Of a stretch of DNA of 64,000 nt, positions 1 to 9,131 are shown in pieces; position 1 is the first letter of the stretch; each line of letters opens with the position of its first letter. Position numbers and translations under genes: made by a program. Where the stretch lies: positions 39,200 to 103,199 of the forward strand of contig JAQVVM010000001.1 in the NCBI GenBank assembly GCA_028698995.1, given 5' to 3'. The stretch comes from Bacteroidales bacterium. Lineage in GTDB: Bacteria; Bacteroidota; Bacteroidia; Bacteroidales; PXBB01. The notes beneath the pieces were generated by a model. It did not search any database. It saw only the letters and a program-made list of their open reading frames with translations, and was not told where the DNA came from.

Positions 1-1537
1 CAAAGACTTTATTGGTGAGACCTTGAAGAAAATGTCGGTCATGTGAAACCACTATTAGAGTCCCATTATAATTGATTAACGCTTTTTTCAAAATCTCTTT
101 TGCTTTCATATCGAGATGGTTGGTAGGCTCATCAAGAATTAAAAGATTTACGGGGGCCAGAAGCAATTTTGCAAGAGCAAGACGTGCTTTTTCTCCACCG
201 CTCAAAACCTTTACTTTTTTTTCTATGTCATCTCCCCTGAATAGAAATGAACCTAATATATGTCTCACTTTTTGCCTGATGTCTCCAACCGCAATATCAT
301 CAATTGTTTCAAAAACTGTTTTATTGGGATTAAGTAATTCCGTTTCATTTTGTGCGTAATAACCGATGGCAACATTATACCCTATATTACAAATCCCCTC
401 AAATTCAATTTCTTTATTTATTATACGTGCCAGAGTTGTTTTTCCTTCTCCGTTTTTTCCGACAAAGGCAATTTTATCGCCCTTATCAATTATAAATTCA
501 ATGTTTTTTAAAACAGATTTGGTATCATACCTTTTACTTAGTTTTTGAACTTCAACCACAACCTTTCCTGATTGAGGTGCAGGAGGAAATTTAACATAAA
601 TACTGCTGTTGTCTATGTCATCAACTTCAACAATATCTAACTTTTCCAGCATTTTTATACGTGACTGTACCTGACGTGATTTTGTAGCTTTATACCTGAA
701 TCTTTCTATAAATTTTTCAGTCTGTTCTATTGTTTTTTGTTGATTTTCATACCTTGACTTCTGTTGTTCAATTCGTTCTGTCCTTTTAATTATATATGTT
801 GAATAAGGGACATTGTAATCAAATATTTTTGCAAGATTGATTTCAATAGTTCTGTTAGTCACATTATCTAAAAAAGTTCTGTCGTGAGATACTACAACAA
901 CGGCACCATGATAACGGCATAAAAAATTTTCCAACCACTGAATGGACTCTATGTCAAGATGATTTGTAGGCTCATCAACCAATAATAAATCAGGTTTTTG
1001 AAGCAATAATTTAGCCAGCTCAATGCGCATTCGCCAACCGCCGCTGAATGTATTTACCGGCATATCAAGTTGTTCTTTTGTGAAACCCAATCCCAAAAGA
1101 ATTTTTTCGGTTTCAGCATCAACATTATGCCCGCCCAACATTGAAAAGGAATCATTGGCATCTGTGAGTTTCTGAAGCAACTCATAATAATTATCACTTG
1201 AATAGTCAGTTATTTCTTTTAATTCCTGTTCAAATTTGGTAATATTTTTTTTTAATTCAATAATCTTTTCAAATGCTTTAAGTGTTTCTTCAAAAACCGA
1301 TTTGCTCCCTTTGAAGCTCATTTCCTGAGGAAGAAATCCAATGCTCGTGTCTTTTGGATAGGAGACATTGCCTTCATCGGGCTGCATTATTCCTTTAAGA
1401 ATTCTTAGTAAAGTTGTTTTTCCTGCGCCATTTTTTCCGACCAAACCAATTCTGTCTCCTTTGTTAATTACAAAGGAAATATCCTGAAGAATATATGCGT
1501 TTGAAAAAAGTACTGAAAGCCCGTTTATATTAATCAT
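1..1537 (-). CDS. ABC-F family ATPase (two nucleotide-binding domains, no TM domain). The C-terminus runs off the left window edge.
   Basis: Absent from the ORF track because it is open at the window edge. The reverse complement from the ATG at 1537-1535 reads MININGLSVLFSNAYILQDISFVINKGDRIGLVGKNGAGKTTLLRILKGIMQPDEG (Walker A). A second NBD lies further 3': IDKGDKIAFVGKNGEGKTTLARII, LSGGEKARLALAKLL, LLILDEPTNHLD. The + strand ORFs 72..359 and 366..548 are antisense shadows. Confidence 0.9.
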   Translation of the reverse strand, partial: MININGLSVLFSNAYILQDISFVINKGDRIGLVGKNGAGKTTLLRILKGIMQPDEGNVSYPKDTSIGFLPQEMSFKGSKSVFEETLKAFEKIIELKKNITKFEQELKEITDYSSDNYYELLQKLTDANDSFSMLGGHNVDAETEKILLGLGFTKEQLDMPVNTFSGGWRMRIELAKLLLQKPDLLLVDEPTNHLDIESIQWLENFLCRYHGAVVVVSHDRTFLDNVTNRTIEINLAKIFDYNVPYSTYIIKRTERIEQQKSRYENQQKTIEQTEKFIERFRYKATKSRQVQSRIKMLEKLDIVEVDDIDNSSIYVKFPPAPQSGKVVVEVQKLSKRYDTKSVLKNIEFIIDKGDKIAFVGKNGEGKTTLARIINKEIEFEGICNIGYNVAIGYYAQNETELLNPNKTVFETIDDIAVGDIRQKVRHILGSFLFRGDDIEKKVKVLSGGEKARLALAKLLLAPVNLLILDEPTNHLDMKAKEILKKALINYNGTLIVVSHDRHFLQGLTNKVF

Positions 1538-1630
1538 TCAGAATTGTGCTGTTTTTTTATTCAGCCGCAAAAATAGACTAAATTTTTCTAACCCATTCTT
1601 GTGAGATGATAAAACGACAAATAAACAATT

Positions 1631-2614
1631 TTATTCAGCAGCCTGTGATTTTATTTCTTCGTATGTAAGTTTAGAAATCTGCTCTATTACATTAGCCATT
1701 TCATTGATGTTCTGACCTCTAACCATCACACACAAGATATATGGATTATCTGGGAAATAAATAATCCCACATTCATGTAGCTGAAATACAACATCGTCTG
1801 TAACAAAACCGGATTTATGAGCAATAACAATATTATCATCAATACCCTTCATAATTCCATCTTTGAAGTCTGTTTCAGAGAGGATGGATAATGCTTTTTC
1901 AGAGTGTGTACGGCTTAGATAAGAAGAATTATACAAAACCCTGAAGAATGAAGCATATTCTTTTGTTGTCAGTTGATGAATTTCATTTTTTGAAGGCGCT
2001 GTCATTCCCAAGTCTACAAATACATTGTCAATAAGTCTTTGGTCAATTTTCATGGAATAATCCAGAAGAAATCCTGCAGTTGGATTATGAGAATATTTAA
2101 TCATGTATTCTATGACATCATAAATATCAAAAACCTGTGTTCCATCATTAATCACAACGTTTGAATCCATTTTAGAGAAAATTTCAGTAGTTTCGTTGAA
2201 TAGAAACTTATCTTGCAATACACTTGGATGTTCTTCTATTAATCTGAATGTTGAAAGCATCAATGGAACCTGATTCAGACCTGCCGGTATAAATTTCTCT
2301 CTTTCATTAACACCAAACCAGTTGCCTCCTTGTAAACCTCTGAAGTAAACAGATATTTGATTTATTGATACATTCCTTTTTAATTCAGTAACTTTTTCCT
2401 GTAATTTTTTTTCAAGAATTGGATTAATATAATTAAATTCTCCGTCACAATCAAGTAAGGGGTTTGTAAATTTTGTTTCGCTTGATGTTACTCTGTATTC
2501 AGAATTCATTTTATGTTTTTTTTGGTTTTCTGTAAAAATCTTGTTTATCAACAGACCAAGTGCAAAAAATGAAATGCATAACAAAATGATTAGTAGATAG
2601 TTTGTGCTTCTCAT
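1631..2614 (-). CDS. Membrane-anchored class-A beta-lactamase-fold / serine hydrolase-like protein with a variant active-site motif
   Basis: 327-aa ORF with an N-terminal hydrophobic anchor (LLIILLCISFFALGLLI). Class-A-like motifs occur in the expected order and spacing: PLMLSTFR (S121-x-x-R instead of S-x-x-K), YSHNPTAG (SDN-like, aa 175) and HKSG (KTG/KSG box, aa 267). Confidence 0.6.
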   Translation of the reverse strand: MRSTNYLLIILLCISFFALGLLINKIFTENQKKHKMNSEYRVTSSETKFTNPLLDCDGEFNYINPILEKKLQEKVTELKRNVSINQISVYFRGLQGGNWFGVNEREKFIPAGLNQVPLMLSTFRLIEEHPSVLQDKFLFNETTEIFSKMDSNVVINDGTQVFDIYDVIEYMIKYSHNPTAGFLLDYSMKIDQRLIDNVFVDLGMTAPSKNEIHQLTTKEYASFFRVLYNSSYLSRTHSEKALSILSETDFKDGIMKGIDDNIVIAHKSGFVTDDVVFQLHECGIIYFPDNPYILCVMVRGQNINEMANVIEQISKLTYEEIKSQAAE

Positions 2615-2688
2615 ATGAATTTATTTTTTTGTAAAAATAGTATTTTTTTGTATGACTGCAAAATTTATTTTATTCAAATAGAGAATGC

Positions 2689-3918
2689 TTATCTGGAAAG
2701 CCATTCAACAGGATTTACAGACGTATTACCTTTCCAGATTTCAAAATGCAGTTCTGTTTTTGATTCCTCGGTGTCAGTAAATACCAAGCCAATATCTTGT
2801 CGGACTCTGACTCTTTCTCCCTGACGTACTAAAACCCTGTCGAGTTTGGAGTAAACACTGAAGTATTCACCATGACTTATAATTACGACATTTCTGTACA
2901 TGGGCATCTCAACAATTCTGATAACAGTTCCATCAAAAACAGCTCTAGCTTTAGCACCTTGAGTAGTTGACATATCAATACCCCTGTTATTAATTTTAAT
3001 TCCTGGTAATACCGGATGTGGATTCTCACCGTAAGCACCTGTTACAACAGCTCTTAATAAAGGCCAAGGCAATCTGCCTTTATTTGAGATAAAATTATTG
3101 GATAAGGCCATTTCTTCTGGTGTTAAAGCTATCTCTGTATTTCCACTGCTTCTCCTGGCTCTTTCTGAGGCAAGTCTGATTTCCTCAGCTATAATTGCTT
3201 CTATAGCCCTCTGAAGTCTTTGTGCTGCGGCTTGTTTTTCCCTGATGGTTCTGTTTAATTCCTGCTCCCTTTGTCTGAGTTCGGATATGCTTCTGTTTTT
3301 GTCGCTCTTCTCCCTGTCAAGCTTCCCTTTTTCTTCATTCTGGGCGGTTAACAAGTCCCTGCGATTGTTAAGCATCTGCTCTAATTCATTAACTTTTATA
3401 ACTAATTCTGCCTGCTTTTCAATAATCATTTCTGCCTGTTTCTTTCTGTAAAATGAATATTGCTGAATATATTTCATCCGCTTATAAGCCTGATTAAAAT
3501 CCTTTGATGAAAAAATAAACATGAGCCTATTGTAGGCACTTCGGTTCTTATAAGCGTAGTAAATCATTTTTGAATATTGTTCCTTTAATTCTGTCAATTC
3601 TTTCTTTAGTATCTCAATTGATTCATTGTTGGCAGAAATACTGTTGTTCAACTGTCGGATTTCCGAACTTATATTTTGTATGAGACTTTCACGTTGACGG
3701 ATCTGATTATTAATAAGAACCAACTGGCTTACCGATGTCTGAGTATTTCTTTTTGTTTCATTTAAAAGCCGGTTTGTTAATGCAATTTCTTCTTCAAGTC
3801 TCCTCTTGTCTTGTTGTAATCTTTCTTTTGATTGGCTATAAACAGCGCTATTTAAAAATAAGGCTGAACAGAATGCCAATGTGATAGTCAGAAAAAATAA
3901 ATGTGTTTTACAATTCAT
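2689..3918 (-). CDS. EnvC-like murein hydrolase activator: signal peptide, long coiled coil, degenerate C-terminal LytM/M23 domain
   Basis: 409-aa ORF. The N-terminal ~270 aa are heptad-like and rich in Q/E/R/L. The C-terminus aligns by eye to the M23 fold (NNRGIDMS ... ISHGEYFSVYSKL ... ELHFEIW), but several metal-ligand histidines are replaced. Confidence 0.85.
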   Translation of the reverse strand: MNCKTHLFFLTITLAFCSALFLNSAVYSQSKERLQQDKRRLEEEIALTNRLLNETKRNTQTSVSQLVLINNQIRQRESLIQNISSEIRQLNNSISANNESIEILKKELTELKEQYSKMIYYAYKNRSAYNRLMFIFSSKDFNQAYKRMKYIQQYSFYRKKQAEMIIEKQAELVIKVNELEQMLNNRRDLLTAQNEEKGKLDREKSDKNRSISELRQREQELNRTIREKQAAAQRLQRAIEAIIAEEIRLASERARRSSGNTEIALTPEEMALSNNFISNKGRLPWPLLRAVVTGAYGENPHPVLPGIKINNRGIDMSTTQGAKARAVFDGTVIRIVEMPMYRNVVIISHGEYFSVYSKLDRVLVRQGERVRVRQDIGLVFTDTEESKTELHFEIWKGNTSVNPVEWLSR

Positions 3919-3929
3919 GATGTATTAAA

Positions 3930-4760
3930 TTAAGGCATAATCTGATATTTTTCTGGTATTGTAAAAGGAAAGTTTAAATCCTTATTAAGAGTGATTTTTG
4001 AATATTTTATCAACCCTTCAATCTGATTGTCTGAACTATTTGCTTCTATCGCTATTTCAAAAGGAAAAGTCTGTTCGTCTAGCGCTTTGAAATCTCTATA
4101 ACTTACATTTAAATTAAAACTATCTTTTACCCCTGAAAATAATTGATTAATAATCTTATAACTTGTTTTCTCTAATAAAATACTGTGACTGAATCGTTCA
4201 GTATCGAGAGAGTCACTTTCTTTTAGTCTGTTTGAATAAGTGATTTGAAATGCATTATTATCTTGATTGATTCTTAAGTTTCTCAAATCATATGTGCTTA
4301 AATCATTGCCTGTTAAAACCGATTGAAGCATGTCAAAATCCATGTTGGCATGCAATTGGTTTTTAAGAAATCTGATATCATATAGATAACAAATATTTTC
4401 CATTCTGTTTAATATTTTTACCGAATCGGGTGTTATTAGAATGCGCGCAACCTCAATGCCGGCAAAAGGAACTATACTAACCCAAAGCACACTGTCTCTT
4501 AAAAGCCTCATGTTGGCATTGAAAGATTGATTTATATCTGCTGTATTAACATTCAGCAAAAGGCGGGCTTCTAGAGTATTAAAAGCAACTTCGTTAATTT
4601 TTAAAAAGTAATATATAGAATCAGTATTAATATCAGAAATTTCTAAAAGGTTACGAGGTTTTCTTGTTTTACAGGAATTAAGAAATACAACTGCTGAAAG
4701 GAATGCAAATAAAATAAACACAAGAAAAGGTGATGTTATTTTCAATTTTTTATTCTTCAA
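3930..4760 (-). CDS. Outer-membrane lipoprotein, DUF4292/LolB-like (assigned mainly by size, lipobox and synteny)
   Basis: 276-aa ORF with a signal peptide and lipobox (VVFLNSC). It lies between a TPR lipoprotein gene and an M23/EnvC gene, the usual Bacteroidota position of DUF4292. It overlaps the upstream gene by 11 nt, which suggests an operon. Confidence 0.5.
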   Translation of the reverse strand: MKNKKLKITSPFLVFILFAFLSAVVFLNSCKTRKPRNLLEISDINTDSIYYFLKINEVAFNTLEARLLLNVNTADINQSFNANMRLLRDSVLWVSIVPFAGIEVARILITPDSVKILNRMENICYLYDIRFLKNQLHANMDFDMLQSVLTGNDLSTYDLRNLRINQDNNAFQITYSNRLKESDSLDTERFSHSILLEKTSYKIINQLFSGVKDSFNLNVSYRDFKALDEQTFPFEIAIEANSSDNQIEGLIKYSKITLNKDLNFPFTIPEKYQIMP

Positions 4761-6504
4761 TTAGTGTTTTTGTTCTTATTTTTTCATCAAGAAATACTGA
4801 TCCATTCCCCACTTCTTTGGCTTTTTCCCATTGTTTTATTGCGTCATCCTTTTTGTTTAAACGAAAAAGCACGTCTCCATAGTGTTCAAGAATGACAGCG
4901 TTGGTAATACCACCATTTTCCAATGCTTTTTCAAGCCATATGAGGGCGTTCTCGTAATCCCCTTGTTTGTAAAGAATCCATGCATAGGTATCCTGAAAAG
5001 ATGGTGAATTTGGAACAATTTGGTTGGCTTTTTCTGAAAGTTCTTTAGCTAAATCAAGTTTGTCGGCACGTAAAGATAAATAATAACTGTAATTATTTAA
5101 AAGATAAGCACTGTCTGGTGATATTTTAATGGCTTCATTAAAGGCTGAATCTGATTTTTCGTAATTTTTAAGATGATTATATGATTCGCCCAGTAAGGTG
5201 TAAAATTCAAGCGTCATCTGTTCACTATAGAAAGAATAAGCCACACCCTGATTTAGAGTTTCAACTGTTTTTTCAAAATTGCGTAAATTAAAAGTGGCAT
5301 ATCCACTGTATAAATAAAGTAAAGCATGTTCCGGAAAAAGTGAAATAGCAATGTTTGCTAAAGTATCAAGGCTTATGAAATTTTTTTGTTCAAGTTCAAT
5401 ACTGAGCAACTGTTCCCATACTAGATATTTTGTTTTGTCAAGCTCAATAACCTTTAACAACATGTCTTTTGCTTCATTAAGCTTTTTGTCACGAACAAGA
5501 AAATCAGCATACATGGAGTATCCGACTGCCTCCTGAGGGTGTGTGCTTATTAATATATCTAACAGAATATAGGCTTCTTCTTTATAAGCAACATTGTTGT
5601 TTGAATCTGTGAATTCGTAATATGATAGTAAAATATTAATTTTTTCCTCTGAATTGATGTCGGGATTTGCAAACGCTTTTTGTGTATAAGTGAATGCCTT
5701 GGTATCATCATTCTGAGTTCTGTAATAATTAGCTAAAGATAAATTTACGGAACCATTGTTTGGGTCAGTTGTAAGGATATTTTCAAAGATTCTGAAAGCT
5801 TCTTCTTTATAATTGAGTCTTATATAAACATTTGCTAGAAGCAATTGGTTTTCAATATTTTCGGGATCGGCAGCAATAAGCTTTTCTAATTCCTCAATGG
5901 CTTTTTGGATTTTCCCCATATAAAGATAGATAGTGTGTTTCTGAACAGAAATTTCTTCTGTAATTCCGATAGTTTCCTCAATGTGGTTATAAATGTTTAT
6001 GGCTTCTTTCAACCTCCCTGTGTGTAAATAGGAATTGGCAAGCTCATACTGATAATTAATGTTTTCTGGTGATAACTCAACAAGGTCTTTCAGTGTTTTT
6101 ATAGCCTCATTATATAGCCTGGATTTTTGATACAATTCTATTAATAACACATAATACCATTCATTTCTATCATCTAATCGAACAGCTTCCCTTGCCAATA
6201 GAATACCATCATTGAAATTTTCCTCAATCAGAAGTAAACCCGCCAGTTCGTACATAGCTGCATGATTCTTAGGATCCTTACGGATACAATCAGCATATAA
6301 AGCTTTTGCATTGCTGAAATTTCCAATGATTTTTTCTTTGTTGGCTTCAATAAATAGTGCCGTAACTTCAATTTGCTCTAATGGACTTAAAGAAGATTGG
6401 TTTTCATGTCGAGGGCTACTGCCCCCTTTTCTAAAAATATTACAAGAACTTATCGAAAAAATGACTATAATTATGAGAACCAAATGTTTAATAGTATTTT
6501 TCAT
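4750..6504 (-). CDS. Tetratricopeptide-repeat lipoprotein
   Basis: 584-aa ORF with a signal peptide and lipobox (IFSISSC). Many 34-aa TPR-like units carry the A..Y.....P.N pattern throughout. Confidence 0.85.
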   Translation of the reverse strand: MKNTIKHLVLIIIVIFSISSCNIFRKGGSSPRHENQSSLSPLEQIEVTALFIEANKEKIIGNFSNAKALYADCIRKDPKNHAAMYELAGLLLIEENFNDGILLAREAVRLDDRNEWYYVLLIELYQKSRLYNEAIKTLKDLVELSPENINYQYELANSYLHTGRLKEAINIYNHIEETIGITEEISVQKHTIYLYMGKIQKAIEELEKLIAADPENIENQLLLANVYIRLNYKEEAFRIFENILTTDPNNGSVNLSLANYYRTQNDDTKAFTYTQKAFANPDINSEEKINILLSYYEFTDSNNNVAYKEEAYILLDILISTHPQEAVGYSMYADFLVRDKKLNEAKDMLLKVIELDKTKYLVWEQLLSIELEQKNFISLDTLANIAISLFPEHALLYLYSGYATFNLRNFEKTVETLNQGVAYSFYSEQMTLEFYTLLGESYNHLKNYEKSDSAFNEAIKISPDSAYLLNNYSYYLSLRADKLDLAKELSEKANQIVPNSPSFQDTYAWILYKQGDYENALIWLEKALENGGITNAVILEHYGDVLFRLNKKDDAIKQWEKAKEVGNGSVFLDEKIRTKTLIEE

Positions 6505-6550
6505 GTTGTTATTTTCTCAATTCTTTAAAGCATTCTCATTTTATAGCGCA

Positions 6551-7552
6551 TTAAATAAATGTGGTATAATCACCAATACTGACTTCGTTGTATTTTAATT
6601 TAAAATCAACATAGTTGCCTATCATAGAATTGTCAATATTAACACAATTTAATTTTGTGTGGGATTGTACAATACTGTTAGTAACGATAGAGTTTTCAAT
6701 TTTAGTATCATTTTCAACAGAAACATGTGGGCCAATGATTGAGCCTTTAATAATAACGTTTTTATTCAGATAGCAGGGTTTTATAATAACAGAATCTATT
6801 ATCTGAACAGAATCATGGATAAAATTATTATTGTAATGAAGATCAAGTATTCTTCTGTTTGTAAATAATGTGGCGTCTTTATTACCACAATCCAACCATT
6901 CATCAACCTGTCCTATAGAAAAAATACAATTCCTGTTTTTCATATTTTCAAGGGCATCTGTGAGTTGAAATTCTCCACCCTTATTTATATTATTGTCAAT
7001 TAAAAACTGAAGTTCTTTTTTAAGATAGTTCCCATTTTTGAAATAATAGACACCAATGATAGCAAGGTCTGAAATAAAGCTTTGCGGTTTTTCAATAAAG
7101 TCAGTGATGTTTTTGTTTTTGTTGATTTTAACTACACCGAAATTTGAAGGATCACTTACCTGATGTACCCAGATAGTGCTGTCAGAAGTTCTGTCAAGAG
7201 TAAAGTTGGCTTTAAAAAGAGTGTCTGCAAATGCTACAATAACCTCTCCCTCAAGTGATTCCTTCGCACACAAAATAGCATGAGCAGTACCAAGGGCTTC
7301 TTTCTGATAATAAATACGCCCTTTGCTACCTATATCGCTTGCTATTTTCAGAAGTTGCTCTTCCGTTTCTTTTCCGAAATCACCGATAATGAAAGCTATT
7401 TCTTCAATTTCTTCTTTACAGATTCCGGTAATGTCTTTTACAAGCCTTTGAACAATTGGCTTCCCTGCTATTTTTAACAATGGTTTGGGTACTGTCAGTG
7501 TATGAGGACGCATTCTTTTTCCCATCCCCGCCATTGGAATTATTATCTTCAT
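6551..7552 (-). CDS. Sugar-phosphate nucleotidyltransferase (NTP_transferase N-domain plus left-handed beta-helix C-domain)
   Basis: The N-terminus MKIIIPMAGMGKRMRPHTLTVPKPLLKIAGKPIV carries the G-x-G-x-R pyrophosphorylase signature. The C-terminal third has hexapeptide-like repeats rich in I/V-x-x-x-x-I/V. Confidence 0.8.
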   Translation of the reverse strand: MKIIIPMAGMGKRMRPHTLTVPKPLLKIAGKPIVQRLVKDITGICKEEIEEIAFIIGDFGKETEEQLLKIASDIGSKGRIYYQKEALGTAHAILCAKESLEGEVIVAFADTLFKANFTLDRTSDSTIWVHQVSDPSNFGVVKINKNKNITDFIEKPQSFISDLAIIGVYYFKNGNYLKKELQFLIDNNINKGGEFQLTDALENMKNRNCIFSIGQVDEWLDCGNKDATLFTNRRILDLHYNNNFIHDSVQIIDSVIIKPCYLNKNVIIKGSIIGPHVSVENDTKIENSIVTNSIVQSHTKLNCVNIDNSMIGNYVDFKLKYNEVSIGDYTTFI

Positions 7553-7618
7553 GAGGTGTTTTTTTTACGCAAATGCAAAATTACAAATAATAATGTGTTT
7601 ATCTAAAGCATTTTTTTT

Positions 7619-8053
7619 CTATGTTGTCCCGGTATGGCCAAATCCCCCTGCTCCTCGCTCTGTTTCATTAATCTGATCTACCTCAACAAGTGTAGCTTGC
7701 TCGTGTTTAGCTATAACCATCTGGGCTATTCTTTCTCCATTTTCGATGGTGACTTCTTCCTGTGATAGGTTTATAAGTATAATTTTTATTTCTCCACGGT
7801 AGTCTGCATCAATTGTCCCAGGTGTATTAAGTACTGTTATTCCTTTTTTTAAAGCCAGACCGCTTCTTGGACGTATTTGTGCTTCAATACCGGCAGGAAG
7901 TTCAATAAATAATCCACTTGGAATCAATGCTCTCTCTAAGGGCTTCAATACAATACTTTTCTCAAGGAATGCACTAATGTCCATTCCTGCTGATAATTTT
8001 GTCTGATAGTGGGGTAAAGGGTTTGTTGATTTATTTATTATTCGGATATTCAT
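7619..8053 (-). CDS. dut: dUTP diphosphatase
   Basis: 144-aa ORF with typical trimeric dUTPase motifs: [53 protein letters not shown]. Confidence 0.95.
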   Translation of the reverse strand: MNIRIINKSTNPLPHYQTKLSAGMDISAFLEKSIVLKPLERALIPSGLFIELPAGIEAQIRPRSGLALKKGITVLNTPGTIDADYRGEIKIILINLSQEEVTIENGERIAQMVIAKHEQATLVEVDQINETERGAGGFGHTGTT

Positions 8054-8085
8054 AATCTTTAAATTTTAGTTTATTTATCTGCGAA

Positions 8086-8093
8086 CAAACTTA
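8086..8093 (-). promoter_or_regulatory. Candidate Bacteroidota -7 box (TAAGTTTG on the minus strand) for the dut operon
   Basis: The plus strand reads caaactta, which is TAagTTTG on the minus strand and matches TAnnTTTG. It lies 33 nt upstream of the dut ATG (8053). This is a motif match only. Confidence 0.35.
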
Positions 8094-8182
8094 CTTAAAA
8101 AATGGCATTGCTTAAAGCATTTTGCTTAAAAATCATTTGTGTCGAAAAATATATTTATATTTACCACAAAATTTAATTTCAA

Positions 8183-9112
8183 ATGAAAACTGTCTCATTT
8201 GTTATTCCTGTTTTTAATGAAGCCGGTAATATTGAAAAATTATTCGATCAATTAAAGACAAATATGCTCGATTTCCCTGAACTTCTACAAGAGTTTATTT
8301 TTATTAATGATGGTAGTTATGACAATTCCCTAGATATTATCAAGCTGATTGCTGCAGCAAATAAAAATGTTAAAGTAATTAGTTTTACCCGTAATTTTGG
8401 TCATCAGGCTGCAATAATTGCTGGCTTAAATGTAGCTAAAGGAGATGCTGTTATTACTATGGATTGCGATTTTCAAGACCCACCTCATATTGTTCCTGTA
8501 CTTATAAGGAACTGGCTTGATGGTTACAAAGTCGTTTATACCCGAAGAACTTTAAGAAGTGACAACTTCTTTAAAAAAATGACAGCACATTGGTATTATA
8601 AATTATTAAATTGGTCTTCAGAAGTATCACTCCCCGGTCATATTGGAGATTTCAGACTAATGGACAGTGTGGTACTTAAACACTTTCAAAATCGAAAAGG
8701 CAAAGAAGAATACCTTCGTGGATTGATTCCTTGGTTAGGGTATAAATACATTGTCGTTGATTTTGAACGACCCAAGAGAGAAAAAGGTGAAACCGGATTC
8801 AGCTTAATCAAAATGATTAGGTTTGCCATGAAAGGAATTCTTAGCTTCTCACTTCTTCCGTTAAGACTTGGCCTTGTTGTTGGAGCTTTCTCAATTTTTT
8901 CTGGTATGGCCATGATGATTTACCTTTTTATTAATTATTTTGTTTTCGGACAGTTTTATAAACTTCTGGAATGGCTCGCTGTAATGAACTTTATTCTTAT
9001 TGGGTTTCTGTTTATCCTGCTTTGGGTATTGGCTGAGTACATAAATGGTATTAAAAAAGAAGTCAAAGAACTGCCCGACTATATTATTGAAGATACATGG
9101 AATCTTGATTAG
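8183..9112 (+). CDS. GT2 polyprenyl-phosphate glycosyltransferase (GtrB/ArnC/DPM1-like) with two C-terminal TM helices
   Basis: 309-aa ORF with VSFVIPVFNEAGNI, FINDGSYDNS, TRNFGHQAAIIAGL and TMDCDFQDPP (GT-A DxD region). The C-terminus has two hydrophobic helices (LGLVVGAFSIFSGMAMMIY and VMNFILIGFLFILLWVLA). Confidence 0.9.
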   Translation: MKTVSFVIPVFNEAGNIEKLFDQLKTNMLDFPELLQEFIFINDGSYDNSLDIIKLIAAANKNVKVISFTRNFGHQAAIIAGLNVAKGDAVITMDCDFQDPPHIVPVLIRNWLDGYKVVYTRRTLRSDNFFKKMTAHWYYKLLNWSSEVSLPGHIGDFRLMDSVVLKHFQNRKGKEEYLRGLIPWLGYKYIVVDFERPKREKGETGFSLIKMIRFAMKGILSFSLLPLRLGLVVGAFSIFSGMAMMIYLFINYFVFGQFYKLLEWLAVMNFILIGFLFILLWVLAEYINGIKKEVKELPDYIIEDTWNLD

Positions 9113-9131
9113 TTCGGAAAAAGTTTATTTA

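Noticed and set aside
72-548. The + strand ORFs 72..359 and 366..548
   Set aside because: They are antisense to a clearly recognisable ABC-F ATPase reading frame with Walker A/B and ABC signature motifs on the minus strand.
2615-8913. Small listed ORFs 2615..2824(+), 3245..3451(+), 5351..5536(+), 6311..6598(+), 7280..7477(+) and 8686..8913(-)
   Set aside because: Each lies mostly or entirely antisense to a longer, motif-supported gene, and each has a low-complexity product.
9045-9131. A 29-codon N-terminal extension of the GT-C/TPR ORF that overlaps the GT2 gene by 68 nt
   Set aside because: The internal ATG at 9132 gives a typical short cytoplasmic N-tail (MKKHNNHK...) followed by TM1. It removes the long overlap with the GT2 C-terminus. 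The extension has no recognisable features.
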